64,000 nucleotides of DNA from Patescibacteria group bacterium (GCA_049515915.1 JBEKTP010000002.1:36524-100523); one strand, 5' to 3'; positions 43,485 to 53,469 are shown, counted from the first letter of the stretch. Notes: a model not told the origin generated them from the sequence alone. Translations and numbers: made by a program.

Positions 43485-45590
43485 TTATTCTTTGGCCGCT
43501 TTAATCGATAGCGAAACTCTTCCCCGCTCTTTATCGACTTCCATCACTTTCACTTTCACAATATCGCCAATCTTTAACTTATCCGATACTTTTTCGATTC
43601 GTTCCGGCGCAATTTGGGAAATATGGACCATCCCGTCTTTATTCGGCAGAATCTGAACAATGGCGCCAATTTCATTGCCGCGCATTCTATCTTTAAGAAT
43701 TGAGGTCACTGGACCTTCATAAATATTGCCGACCACCGCTTCTTGCGTCATCCCATCAATATAATCCATGGCTTTTTTGCTCATCACCGAATCAGTGGAG
43801 GCCACCGTCACCGTGCCGTCATCGTCAATATCGATACTGGTGATTTCTTTGCCGCCGCAATCTTCAATCAGTTTTCGGATATTTTTGCCGCCCGGACCGA
43901 TGATTTCGCCAATTTTATCAACCGCAATATGCAACGTTTGAATTCGCGGCGCAAACTTGGAAAGTTCTTTCTTCGGTTCTCTAATAATACCGGTGATTTT
44001 TTCGAGCAAAAAGTCGTTGGCCACGCGGGCTTTTTCGATTGCCTCGATTAAAATCTCGATAGCAATCCCTTTGAGTTTGGTATCGAGCTGAATGGCGGTA
44101 ATGCCTTTTTGGGTGGCCGTGATTTTGAAATCCATATCGCCGGCAAAGTCTTCAATGCCTTGGATGTCAGTAAGAATTTTGTGCTTTTTGCCGTCTTCCG
44201 AAGTAATCAAGCCCATGGCGATGCCAGAAACCGGCGCCGAAATGGGTACGCCCGCGTCCATCAACGCCAAGGTCGAGCCGCAAGTTGAAGCCATCGAAGA
44301 CGAACCGTTGGATGAGAGAACTTCTGAAACCACCCGAACGGTATATGGAAAGTCTTCTCGCGATGGAATCACTGGCAGCAAGGCTCGCTCCGCCAAAGCG
44401 CCGTGACCGATCTCGCGACGGGAAACCGAACGCATCGGCCGGACTTCGCCCGTTGAAAACGGCGGAAAGTTGTAGTGATGCATATATCGCTTGGTGCCTT
44501 CTTCTTCCATTGTTTCGATCGTCTGTTCCATCCCTGGCGAACCTAAGGTGACGATCGATAACACTTGAGTTTGGCCGCGGGTGAACAAGCCCGAACCATG
44601 GGTTCGCGGCAGTAAGCCGACTTCCATCGAAATGGGGCGGATTTCATCGAGCTTGCGACCATCGGGACGCAATTCCTTCGCCAAAATCGCCTGGCGGACT
44701 TCTTTCTCGAGGATTTTGCCGAACGCTTCCTTCAGTTCGATTTGTTTATAATTTCCTTCAAAATTTTCCAACACTTCTTTTTCAAAAGCCGAGATTTGCT
44801 CTTCGCGCTTTTGTTTGTCGATTTCAGAGACGACTGGACCCAATTTTTCGCCAAGATATTTTTTGACTTCGGCGACGATTTCCGATTCGCCAGGCTGTTT
44901 GGCAGTTTGTTTAGTTTCGGAAGCCAGCTCTTTTTGAATTTCAAGACCGGCTTGCAAAGCGGCATGGCCGAATTTAATCGCTTCACCCATTATTTTTTCG
45001 TCGATTTCTTTCGCCCCCGCTTCGAGCATCATGACTTTATCTTTAGTACCAGCCACCACTAAATCGAGAGTGGTTTTTTCAAGCTGGTCGTGGGTCGGAT
45101 TGACAACGAAATTGCCGTCAATTTGGCCGACGCGGACAGCTGAAACCGGCCCTTCAAACGGTGCCGCCGACTGCATCAACGCCGCCGAGGCGGCAATGAT
45201 TGAGACAACGTCAGGATCGTTTTCGTTATCGTAAGACAAAACGGTGATGACGACTTGAACATCATTCTTATAGCCCTTGGGGAAGAGTGGTCGAATCGGG
45301 CGGTCGATTAAGCGGCAAGCCAAAATGGCTGCATCGGACGGGCGGCCTTCGCGTTTAATAAAGCGCGAGCCAGAGATTTTACCAGCGGCATACAAACGTT
45401 CTTCATAATCAATTAATAAAGGGAAGAAATCGACATCTTCGCGCGGTTCTTCGGTACAAACGGCGGTGGCCAAAACAACCGTGTCGCCATAGCGGACGGT
45501 CACTGAGCCCGAAGCCAGAGAAGCCAATTTCCCGGTTTCGATAATCAGCTCTTTTTCACCAAGAGTGGTTTTGAATTCTTTTTTCATCAT
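43485..45590 (-). CDS. pnp: polyribonucleotide nucleotidyltransferase (PNPase)
   Basis: Two RNase PH domains plus KH and S1 C-terminal domains; 701 aa. Confidence 0.9.
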   Translation of the reverse strand: MMKKEFKTTLGEKELIIETGKLASLASGSVTVRYGDTVVLATAVCTEEPREDVDFFPLLIDYEERLYAAGKISGSRFIKREGRPSDAAILACRLIDRPIRPLFPKGYKNDVQVVITVLSYDNENDPDVVSIIAASAALMQSAAPFEGPVSAVRVGQIDGNFVVNPTHDQLEKTTLDLVVAGTKDKVMMLEAGAKEIDEKIMGEAIKFGHAALQAGLEIQKELASETKQTAKQPGESEIVAEVKKYLGEKLGPVVSEIDKQKREEQISAFEKEVLENFEGNYKQIELKEAFGKILEKEVRQAILAKELRPDGRKLDEIRPISMEVGLLPRTHGSGLFTRGQTQVLSIVTLGSPGMEQTIETMEEEGTKRYMHHYNFPPFSTGEVRPMRSVSRREIGHGALAERALLPVIPSREDFPYTVRVVSEVLSSNGSSSMASTCGSTLALMDAGVPISAPVSGIAMGLITSEDGKKHKILTDIQGIEDFAGDMDFKITATQKGITAIQLDTKLKGIAIEILIEAIEKARVANDFLLEKITGIIREPKKELSKFAPRIQTLHIAVDKIGEIIGPGGKNIRKLIEDCGGKEITSIDIDDDGTVTVASTDSVMSKKAMDYIDGMTQEAVVGNIYEGPVTSILKDRMRGNEIGAIVQILPNKDGMVHISQIAPERIEKVSDKLKIGDIVKVKVMEVDKERGRVSLSIKAAKE

Positions 45591-45623
45591 TCATTCTAGG
45601 CACGAGTTCGTAGAACAAGTAGC

Positions 45624-45645
45624 GATACAAAATAACTTTTGTATC
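45624..45645 (-). promoter_or_regulatory. rpsO-pnp intergenic hairpin (probable rpsO terminator or pnp leader processing site)
   Basis: Perfect stem GATACAAAA-TAAC-TTTTGTATC. Confidence 0.4.
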
Positions 45646-45678
45646 ATTATCTGCCCTACTGGTCGCGCATAATTTAAT

Positions 45679-45933
45679 TTATTTTTTAAGGCTTAAATCC
45701 TTGATTAATTTATCGTAGATTTTCGGGTCGCTTTTTCTTAAATAATTCAGCAAGCGGCGGCGTTTACCCACCATAATCAGCAAGCCCCGGCGGGAATCGG
45801 AATCTTTAGCGTGCTTTTTTAGATGTTTAGCTAAATCGGCAATTTTTTCGGTTAGCAAAACTACTTGAACATCGGCCGAACCAGTATCTTTTTTATGGGT
45901 TTGGTATTTTTTAATTAATTCAGTCGTTGTCAT
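45679..45933 (-). CDS. rpsO: 30S ribosomal protein S15
   Basis: S15 family sequence from MTTTELIKKYQ...; ORF is open to 45981 but the start is probably the ATG at 45933. Confidence 0.85.
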   Translation of the reverse strand: MTTTELIKKYQTHKKDTGSADVQVVLLTEKIADLAKHLKKHAKDSDSRRGLLIMVGKRRRLLNYLRKSDPKIYDKLIKDLSLKK

Positions 45934-46041
45934 TAATATTTTCCCTGATGTTAATTTAGCACATTTTTTGCCAAAAGGCAAGATAATTTCTCATTACTAA
46001 TTAAGAATTGGAGCAGGGAAAATTATTTAGAAATTAGAAAT

Positions 46042-47196
46042 TTACCCCGTTTTTCGGTTTTGATAATGCCGGAGCTTCGCCAAAATTTCTTCCTCATGTA
46101 AAGCTAAAGTGGCGTCAGGCAACTGAAACGCGGCCGCCGCTTCATGACCACCACCGCCGAATAGCTTCGCCATGACCGAGACATCAACTCCCTGACCGAT
46201 CGCGCGTAACGAGCCATGTAAACCTTCCTGATGTTCGGCCAACAAAAGCGCGAAATCCACATCCGGAGCACTCTTTAAAAGTTCATCAATAACGCCACTG
46301 GTTTCCGACTCCGTTGCACCCGTTTCGACAAAATCGTCTTTTTTAACTTTGGCCCAAATAAACCGGTGCTCTAAATCCGGCTCGATCGATTCCAAAACTT
46401 TTCCCCAAAGCTTCAAAGTGGACAAAGGTTTAGTCTTAAAGATATGGCGGATAATTTCTTGTTGTCGGGCCCCCGCCGCCACCAATTGCGCCGCCACTGT
46501 CAGTGACTTTGGAGTGGTGTTAGCATTCTGGAAACTGCCGGTGTCCGTGATAATACCAGTGAGTAAAGCCGTGGCGATATCCTCATCGAGCAACGGTTTT
46601 TCCCGCGCCAGTGACTCCATCAAAGAAACCAGGATTTCAGAGGTGGAGGTGGCCGTCAAATCCACCCAGTTGATTTTACCAAAGAAATCATTGCCCGAAT
46701 GATGATCGATATTGACGACCGGCGTTTCGTAAAACAACGAAGTTTGCCCTTCGTACAAGGGACCCAGCCGCTCGAGATCTGGCGAATCTAAAACGATAAT
46801 GAGGTCGTATTTAAAGGCACCGTAAGTGAAGCTAACATCTTCATTTTTAAATGTTCCGGACGAGGGCGTAACAACAATATTGAGCTTATTTTCCTCGGGA
46901 ATGTGTTTATAGCCCAACCGATCAACTTTGGTTTTGGCCGTGTTAATGGTGATGACAAAATCCTTGGTGCCAGAAAAAGACTTGGTCAACTCCGTAATAT
47001 TTGGCAAAAATCCTAAAGCGACCGGCGGTTGTTCGGGCGCTACCGCCGTCACGTCTTTACCCAGCTTTTTTAAAACCAAAGACAATGCTAAAAGAGAACC
47101 AAGCGCGTCGCCATCGGGATTAACATGAGTCAGGACCAAAATTCGCTCGGCACTTTTAATTTGTTCAGTTGTTTGTTGCTTGGGAGTCAGTTCCAT
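46042..47196 (-). CDS. nrnA: DHH/DHHA1 phosphoesterase (NrnA-like oligoribonuclease / pAp phosphatase)
   Basis: DHH motif HVNPDGDALGS; DHHA1 GGGH. Confidence 0.7.
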   Translation of the reverse strand: MELTPKQQTTEQIKSAERILVLTHVNPDGDALGSLLALSLVLKKLGKDVTAVAPEQPPVALGFLPNITELTKSFSGTKDFVITINTAKTKVDRLGYKHIPEENKLNIVVTPSSGTFKNEDVSFTYGAFKYDLIIVLDSPDLERLGPLYEGQTSLFYETPVVNIDHHSGNDFFGKINWVDLTATSTSEILVSLMESLAREKPLLDEDIATALLTGIITDTGSFQNANTTPKSLTVAAQLVAAGARQQEIIRHIFKTKPLSTLKLWGKVLESIEPDLEHRFIWAKVKKDDFVETGATESETSGVIDELLKSAPDVDFALLLAEHQEGLHGSLRAIGQGVDVSVMAKLFGGGGHEAAAAFQLPDATLALHEEEILAKLRHYQNRKTG

Positions 47197-47285
47197 TTTT
47201 GATCAATAATCGTTTTTAATAGCTTTTAATGATAGCAAATCATCAGATGTCATGTCAAGAGTCGAGAGGATAAATTACCCGGATG

Positions 47286-47314
47286 TTTACAACTCATCGC
47301 TAATCTGATAAAAT
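47286..47314 (+). promoter_or_regulatory. sigma-70-like promoter TTTACA-17-TAAAAT upstream of rpsT
   Basis: Hexamers and spacing read from the sequence. Confidence 0.45.
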
Positions 47315-47367
47315 CAAATAGAATCTACAAGTTAGAATGCTTTGTCATTCTCAATTTTAGGAGAACA

Positions 47368-47679
47368 ATGCCTATTACTAAATCTGCTAAAAAATCACTC
47401 AAGGTTTCGGAGATCAAACGGGAGCACAATAAGGTGCTTAAAATCGAATTGGAAAAAGCCATCAAAAAGGTTTCGGCTTCGAATATTAATGAAGTTATTT
47501 CTAAAATCGACAAAGCGGCCAAAGTCAAGATCATTTCCAAAAACAAAGCCGCTCGAATAAAATCAGCTTTGAGTAAAAAATTCGGCACACCGAAAAACGT
47601 TAAAGTTAAAAGCGAAAAAGTCAATGCCCCAACCAAAATGAAAAAAGGAGCGGTCAAAAATTCCTCTCCTAAAAAATAA
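47368..47679 (+). CDS. rpsT: 30S ribosomal protein S20 with K-rich C-terminal extension
   Basis: N-terminal ...SAKKSLKVSEIKREHNK... and HKNKAARIKS S20 pattern. Confidence 0.75.
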   Translation: MPITKSAKKSLKVSEIKREHNKVLKIELEKAIKKVSASNINEVISKIDKAAKVKIISKNKAARIKSALSKKFGTPKNVKVKSEKVNAPTKMKKGAVKNSSPKK

Positions 47680-47743
47680 TCGTCCTTTTTCTAGTTACCG
47701 TTTTTAGTTTTGCGTTTTTTAGTTTTAAATTTTCTTTAGGAGG

Positions 47744-48325
47744 GTGATGAATTCCAAACCGGCCAAGACCAATCTCTCCACTATCCAGAAACTTATTTAT
47801 GGGACGGGCTGTTTTTATGAGCTCACTAAATGGATTATCATTATTTTAGTCATCGGTATTTTAATCCATTTTTTTGTCGGTACTCTCTTTATTGTCGACG
47901 GCGCGAGTATGGAACCCAACTTTCATTCCGGCGAATATATCGTCGTTGACCGCTGGCAGTATAATTTTGGTAAACCGGCTCGCGGCGATGTGGTCGTCCT
48001 GCGTTTTCCGGGTGATCCGCAACAAACCAAATACATCAAAAGAGTCATCGGCTTGCCGGGCGAGAAAATTGAGATTTGGCACGGCTCCATTTACATCAAC
48101 GGCAAAATCCTCAACGAATCTTATATTCCAGCTGATGTTAAAACGCTGCCCGATTCAACGCGGCAATTACAGTCGGACGATTATTTTCTCTTAGGCGATA
48201 ACCGGGACAATTCTTCCGACTCAAGAATTTGGGGCGTTTGCCCCAAAAGAGATCTAATTGGCAAAGCCTGGTTAGTTTTATATCCGTTCTCAGACAAAGG
48301 CTTAGTACCAATAGCAAAGTACTAA
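47744..48325 (+). CDS. lepB: signal peptidase I
   Basis: SMEPN (Ser), KRVIGLPGE (Lys box), GDNRDNSSDSR box E; GGAGGG RBS. Confidence 0.85.
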   Translation: MMNSKPAKTNLSTIQKLIYGTGCFYELTKWIIIILVIGILIHFFVGTLFIVDGASMEPNFHSGEYIVVDRWQYNFGKPARGDVVVLRFPGDPQQTKYIKRVIGLPGEKIEIWHGSIYINGKILNESYIPADVKTLPDSTRQLQSDDYFLLGDNRDNSSDSRIWGVCPKRDLIGKAWLVLYPFSDKGLVPIAKY

Positions 48326-48370
48326 AAAATCACGTTTTATGCTCCAGAGGTAACAACTCAAACTGAAACA

Positions 48371-49891
48371 TTATTCCGTAATTGGATCGTGAGAATGAGC
48401 CAAATGCCTTGAAACATATCCAATAATGGGAAATAATCCGTTGGCGAAATCTTCAATGGTCGTGGCTCGGTTAGGCATTTCATACCAATCGGGAACCGAA
48501 AACGGTTCTTTTTTAAAGCGCTTAATCCAATCAACTTCTGAACCCAAAACGATGGCATAGGGCAGATATTCATTTAATTTACCACCCAAAACATCACTCG
48601 CCGGGGCCGATTCTCTCAGACTCAAATATTGACGAAAAGCCATCCATTCGCGCGCTTTCTCAATGCCCGCACCGGTCAGAGCCGGCATATAAGGTGAAGT
48701 TCTGATAATTAAAGCAGCGGCGGCCATGCCACCGAGCCAAAAAATCAGGGCGTATTTCGGGTCAAGTCCGCCAATCGCCCCATAGAGAAAGCCCAAAAAA
48801 CTAAGAAAGAAAAGCCCAATACCGACATTACGGTAGGCCAGATGAACGCGTGAAGGATTTTTTACAAAATAACCTTTTTCGGTCGCCAAATCATATAATC
48901 CGACGTAGAAGTCGGCAATTTTCCGCGAAAAAATATGGCGGCCAATCCGCATTTCGACATCATCAACCGTACTTTTATAGTTCTTAGGCAGAAAAATCTT
49001 CGAAAGCAACGCTTTCTCAAAATTAGAAAGTCCTTGAGTTGTATCTAAATCAGTAAATCGGCGTTTGCCAAAATTAAATTCGCCTTTACCGTCATTAATA
49101 ATGAAAATGTAACCGCGCTCCGCTAAATCAATCAATGTACCAGCAATTTCTCGGGGCCCGACGGCGCCGTCAATTACTACACCGGCCAGCGCCGGCGGCA
49201 CGCGATCGGGCAACTTAGAGAGCAAAGCCTTCGAAAAAATATTTTGTTTGGCCCGGCGGCGCCAATAGATAAAGGCCAGAATTAAAAAAGTGACTACCGG
49301 TAGCGTCACGGCTAAATAAATCCAAGATTTAACGGCCACTAATTCCACGGCCAGCTCCCACTTTTTCCAGAACGGCACTTGAATTAACCCTTTGGGCAGA
49401 CGGGCGACAATCGTCACCGTTGAGCCAGGCGAAATATCCGAGACTTGATAGACTAAAGTTTGGGGATCAGTCGTATAGGCAAGGGTATCTCCCACCCCAT
49501 GAACGGCATAAATAATTTGGCGAATGTTCTGAGCGTCAACCGCACTGGGAAGATGTACCGTCGCCTGATAGGCGCTGACATATTGACTGGGATTATTAAA
49601 GGCAATAAGATCAAACTCATCGTAATTTTGATAATAATTAATGGCATTATTTTCTTTTTTGCCATCAATAGTCACCTTGCCGTCTTTCGCGATGACAATG
49701 TCGGTGTTAATTTGGTCAGAGAACTCCGTTGTGGAGCTATCATACAAAACCGCCGCTTTGGGCCGGGTCTGATTTTTCCAGATTAAATAGACGCCAATTC
49801 CCACGACAAAAATTACCAAAAAGAGAAGAAATTTTTTTCGGTCAAAGCTTAAATCTCGAACAATTGACTTTATAATTTGCCAAGTACTCAA
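48371..49891 (-). CDS. large polytopic membrane protein, hypothetical (possibly DUF2207-like)
   Basis: N-terminal TM, extracytoplasmic domain, central cluster of TM helices; family assignment uncertain. Confidence 0.45.
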   Translation of the reverse strand: MSTWQIIKSIVRDLSFDRKKFLLFLVIFVVGIGVYLIWKNQTRPKAAVLYDSSTTEFSDQINTDIVIAKDGKVTIDGKKENNAINYYQNYDEFDLIAFNNPSQYVSAYQATVHLPSAVDAQNIRQIIYAVHGVGDTLAYTTDPQTLVYQVSDISPGSTVTIVARLPKGLIQVPFWKKWELAVELVAVKSWIYLAVTLPVVTFLILAFIYWRRRAKQNIFSKALLSKLPDRVPPALAGVVIDGAVGPREIAGTLIDLAERGYIFIINDGKGEFNFGKRRFTDLDTTQGLSNFEKALLSKIFLPKNYKSTVDDVEMRIGRHIFSRKIADFYVGLYDLATEKGYFVKNPSRVHLAYRNVGIGLFFLSFLGFLYGAIGGLDPKYALIFWLGGMAAAALIIRTSPYMPALTGAGIEKAREWMAFRQYLSLRESAPASDVLGGKLNEYLPYAIVLGSEVDWIKRFKKEPFSVPDWYEMPNRATTIEDFANGLFPIIGYVSRHLAHSHDPITE

Positions 49892-49915
49892 AGCCCCTCC
49901 GCTTGGTTTATCGGA

Positions 49916-50863
49916 CTATTTTCTCGTTAACTTAAACACCAGCAGCTCCAATGCTACTCTGCCTTCCATTTTACCAGTTTTTATTTTGGTATCAAAGTCT
50001 GAGAGAAGTTGATAGATCTTTTTAAGCGCTGAAAACTCATACTTTCCAACCAGTACCAGCGTCTTTTGGGCGACGTAAGGATGCAGGCCCACTTTTTTGG
50101 CGATTGCCCAGCGGTTGATTCGTCCCTTCGAACGCTCAATAAGGTCTTTAACGATTAAAAGATTGCGATATTCGAGGACAATCATCGACAAGATGTAGGG
50201 TTCGGCTTTACCTTCACGCAAAAGTTTATTCAGCTCCTTAGCGGCCGCCTGAGTATTTTTGGCGGCGATTTCATCCATTAAGTTAAAAATATTTGATTGC
50301 ACCTGCGGCTGAACTAAAAGTTCGATGTTTTCAACGGTGATTTTAGGATCGTAACTGACGAGTTTATCAAGTTCGGCTGACATTCGCCAAAGATCATTAC
50401 CGATATAGGCAATCAATTTGTCGGTGGCTCCCATTTCACATTTCGCTTTTCGCACCTCAACCTCTCTTTGAACCCATCTTCTCAAGCCCTCGCCTTCCAG
50501 TGATTTAAACTCCTGCGATATTTTAGGCTGATTTAGCTTTTTAAAAAGCGATGTCCTTTTATCCGGGTTTCCTTCTTGAGTGATAACAAACACCGTGGTT
50601 TTAGGAACTTTCGAGAGAAACTCGGTTACTTTGTCGATAACATCTTTTTTAGCGGAAAATAAATTATTGACCATCACGAGGCGTGATTTGGCAAGAAAGG
50701 GTATGGCGAGAGTTTGACGAACGATATCATCGAATGACATCAATACAGCATCTAACATGGCCAAATTAGTATCACCCAAAGAAGCCGAGATGAAACGTTC
50801 TTTCAGCGCTTTCACCTTTTGGTTTAAGCGATAATTATCTTCACCGTATAAAAATAATATCAT
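49916..50863 (-). CDS. holA: DNA polymerase III delta subunit
   Basis: N-terminal LYGEDNYRL pattern and alpha-helical C-terminal domain; 315 aa. Confidence 0.6.
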   Translation of the reverse strand: MILFLYGEDNYRLNQKVKALKERFISASLGDTNLAMLDAVLMSFDDIVRQTLAIPFLAKSRLVMVNNLFSAKKDVIDKVTEFLSKVPKTTVFVITQEGNPDKRTSLFKKLNQPKISQEFKSLEGEGLRRWVQREVEVRKAKCEMGATDKLIAYIGNDLWRMSAELDKLVSYDPKITVENIELLVQPQVQSNIFNLMDEIAAKNTQAAAKELNKLLREGKAEPYILSMIVLEYRNLLIVKDLIERSKGRINRWAIAKKVGLHPYVAQKTLVLVGKYEFSALKKIYQLLSDFDTKIKTGKMEGRVALELLVFKLTRK

Positions 50864-50936
50864 CTGGTTGACTTTCCTTTAACGATATCATACCATGTGT
50901 TAAATTATTTATAGCAAGCGCTCTTTGGAGGTCGAC

Positions 50937-51737
50937 ATGCCAGAGGTGCCGATTCGGTTGATGCACGGTGATCAGTTCCGTCTGCTGACAAGCGCCCGAG
51001 TCATCGGAGATTTAGTGCTCGGACTCCTGGACTTCCCGCCTTACCCCCACCTCGGATTTGCCGACCATATGCCCGGCAACCCTTTTTTCCCGGGGGTGAT
51101 GAAGCTCTCCGCGATGTTCCAGCTCGTCCAGACTTTCTGCGCGGAGGCAACGCAAGGAAAGCTTTTCCCGATCTTGACGGGAATCCCACTAGTAAGATTC
51201 TACAAAGTGACCAAACCAGGAGAGGTCACCGTTCAGGCCAACGTCTTTCAAGATGGCTACGGCGGCGTGGCCACCTGTACGGTCAATGCCAACAGCAAAG
51301 AGCGTGCTTCGGCGATTTTCACCTTCGACATGAGCACCACGAGACCGCCGGAGACGATTCTGCCGCTACCACTTGAGCAAATCAACATCAAGATGGCGCA
51401 AGGTTTGATCAGCGGAGTCTTCAACTACAAAGGAAACGAGGTACTTCCGCTGGCTCATCTGGAAGTCATCCCGTTCCCGCTCGTCCTCGAGGCTCTCTGC
51501 CAGAACACGATTCAAGTGGGCTACAATATCGCCAGTCTGGCGAACGCCCTCTTCGTCGTCACTTACCTGAGGGACACTGTCTTTCACGGCACTGCCTCCA
51601 AAGGCATGCTCAACCTGCGCTCGAAAGTCGAATGGACCGAGAAGCGCGGTCTAGTCCATGCCGTCGCCAGCTGTGGCGAGTGGCAGCCGATCGTCTCGGG
51701 CGATTTCGGCTTCGCCATTCTTAACCCCAAACATTAG
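50937..51737 (+). CDS. FabA/FabZ-like (hotdog fold) dehydratase-family protein, apparently double-hotdog, in a GC-rich island
   Basis: LMHGDQFRLL...GFADHMPGNPFFPGVMKLSAMFQ matches the FabZ HxxxGxxxxP catalytic motif; GGAGG RBS 5 nt upstream of ATG 50937 (the track ORF starts at TTG 50925). Confidence 0.5.
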   Translation: MPEVPIRLMHGDQFRLLTSARVIGDLVLGLLDFPPYPHLGFADHMPGNPFFPGVMKLSAMFQLVQTFCAEATQGKLFPILTGIPLVRFYKVTKPGEVTVQANVFQDGYGGVATCTVNANSKERASAIFTFDMSTTRPPETILPLPLEQINIKMAQGLISGVFNYKGNEVLPLAHLEVIPFPLVLEALCQNTIQVGYNIASLANALFVVTYLRDTVFHGTASKGMLNLRSKVEWTEKRGLVHAVASCGEWQPIVSGDFGFAILNPKH

Positions 51738-51766
51738 CCGGCCCGCCCGGACCAAACTTGTCGAAC

Positions 51767-51800
51767 CGCCCGCTCGAAAGAGCGGGCGTTGTCATTTTTA
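51767..51800 (+). terminator. rho-independent terminator with GAAA tetraloop
   Basis: CGCCCGCTC-GAAA-GAGCGGGCG followed by TTGTCATTTTT. Confidence 0.6.
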
Positions 51801-51809
51801 GAGCATTTT

Positions 51810-52418
51810 TTACTTACTTTTAAGCGCTTTGGCTTTCCCCCATTCCTTTTCAAACCCGAGTTTTTCAACCCACAAGTTCAAATATTTTGCATCGATATTT
51901 CCTGCCTCTAAAACGGTTACGATATCTTCCAGTTGCCGATCTGATTGGCTTATCTGATACCATCTTAATTTAGCAATAATTAGGTCTTCGGGCGAAATAA
52001 TTTTGATAAGTTTGTTACCAATTTTTTTCTTTTGGGCACGTTTAATTTCTAATTTTTGATGTTCGATTTGGCCAATCACAAAAAAATCGGCCTTCAGGCC
52101 GTATTCTGGCTCAATCAGATTAAATTCGCCTTTATTTTTGTAGGCCAAAAGCGCTGTTTCTTTATCAATATAGCCAACCTTAAATTTCTTTAATAAAGCC
52201 ACTACGAGTTCCTCAACTTTTTTCTCGCTGCCGATCTCAACAACAATATCTAAATCGGCCGTGTAGCGAGGCCGGCCCCAAACGGAAACGGCAATGCCGC
52301 CCGAAACAGCATATTCAATTTTAAGCTCGTCGAGGATCTGACTTATTTCGACGAGAAATTTTTTGATGGTCATTATTCGCGTTCTTTTTGAGTTCTTTAG
52401 CAAAGGAAAAAAAATCAT
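51810..52418 (-). CDS. nucleotidyltransferase-fold (Pol-beta superfamily) protein
   Basis: hGS...DhD signature within YAVSGGIAVSVWGRPRYTADLDIVVE; start may be the internal ATG at 52373. Confidence 0.5.
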   Translation of the reverse strand: MIFFPLLKNSKRTRIMTIKKFLVEISQILDELKIEYAVSGGIAVSVWGRPRYTADLDIVVEIGSEKKVEELVVALLKKFKVGYIDKETALLAYKNKGEFNLIEPEYGLKADFFVIGQIEHQKLEIKRAQKKKIGNKLIKIISPEDLIIAKLRWYQISQSDRQLEDIVTVLEAGNIDAKYLNLWVEKLGFEKEWGKAKALKSK

Positions 52419-52488
52419 CCACGATGGTGATTTTTTTATCCGCCGACATTTTTTTATAGATTTTATCTTGAATAGCTTGCGCGTTCAT
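52321..52488 (-). CDS. small K-rich hypothetical ORF overlapping the nucleotidyltransferase start (uncertain)
   Basis: Track ORF starts at TTG 52527; internal ATG at 52488 with AAGG 4 nt upstream; overlaps the NTase gene out of frame. Confidence 0.2.
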   Translation of the reverse strand: MNAQAIQDKIYKKMSADKKITIVDDFFSFAKELKKNANNDHQKISRRNKSDPRRA

Positions 52489-52566
52489 AGCCTTATCATA
52501 CAGCAGGCCGCATAATTTACAAATCAAACCTGTTTGTTCTCACTTACGAAATGAGGTCTAGATGGT

Positions 52567-53469
52567 TCAGAGCAATTTTTGCTGGGGATTTTCGCGTTTG
52601 GGCTCTGGTAAACGATTAATAAGAGAACGAAAACCATATTTTTTAAAGATATTGACGACTTTGTCATAATCGAAATCATGGATTTTAGCGTCGGGAAGTT
52701 TGAAATCAATATCTAAATCAGTGATAATTTTTGATAATTTTTGGCTCAAAAATGCTTGCTCTTTGTTATCATTTAATAAGGTCCGTATTTTCCCGCTAAT
52801 TTTTTCAATATTTTTATAAATATTTTCTAAATTTTTATAATCGATGATAAGTTTGGCCGCGGTTTTTTCCCCAATTCCCGGCACGCCGGGGATGTTATCA
52901 GAAGCATCGCCTTTGAGCGCCTTAAAATCTACAAACTGCGATGGCGCCAGACCATACCTTTCTTCAACCTTTTCGATATCATACATTATTGCCTGATTAA
53001 CACCCCTTGCCATCGAATAAACTTTCGTTTGTTTATCAACCAACTGCAATGTATCCAAATCCCCAGTGACTATTATATATTCTAATTTTGATTTTTGATT
53101 CTTGATTTTTGATATTAGCGAAGCTATGACGTCTTCTCCTTCAAATCCTTCCTTATCGAAAACCGGGATATTGAAAGTTTTCAAAACTTCCCGAACATAC
53201 GGAACTTGAGTCATTAAATCTTCTGGGGTCGGCGCCCGGTGAGCTTTATACTCGACATATTGTTCATGCCGTACTGTTTTGGTCGGTAAATCAAAACCGA
53301 CCGCCAAGTATTCTGGCTCTAGTTTATCGATCGCTGATAACAACGCGCTCGTAAACCCGTAGACCGCATTGAGTTGGACGCCTTCTTTATTCGTCAAAGG
53401 CGGCAAGGCATGATAGGCCCGGAAGATGAGGGCAAAAGCATCAATTAAAACCAAACGGTTCTTAATCAC
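52567..53469 (-). CDS. stand-alone 5'-3' exonuclease (Pol I N-terminal domain / FEN-like)
   Basis: LVLIDAFALIFRAYHA..., acidic-residue clusters and H3TH motif; 300 aa with no polymerase domain. Confidence 0.8.
   Translation of the reverse strand: MIKNRLVLIDAFALIFRAYHALPPLTNKEGVQLNAVYGFTSALLSAIDKLEPEYLAVGFDLPTKTVRHEQYVEYKAHRAPTPEDLMTQVPYVREVLKTFNIPVFDKEGFEGEDVIASLISKIKNQKSKLEYIIVTGDLDTLQLVDKQTKVYSMARGVNQAIMYDIEKVEERYGLAPSQFVDFKALKGDASDNIPGVPGIGEKTAAKLIIDYKNLENIYKNIEKISGKIRTLLNDNKEQAFLSQKLSKIITDLDIDFKLPDAKIHDFDYDKVVNIFKKYGFRSLINRLPEPKRENPQQKLL

Noticed and set aside
52524-52709. 61-aa minus-strand ORF overlapping the 3' end of the 5'-3' exonuclease gene
   Set aside because: Entirely embedded out of frame in the exonuclease C-terminal coding region; likely spurious.
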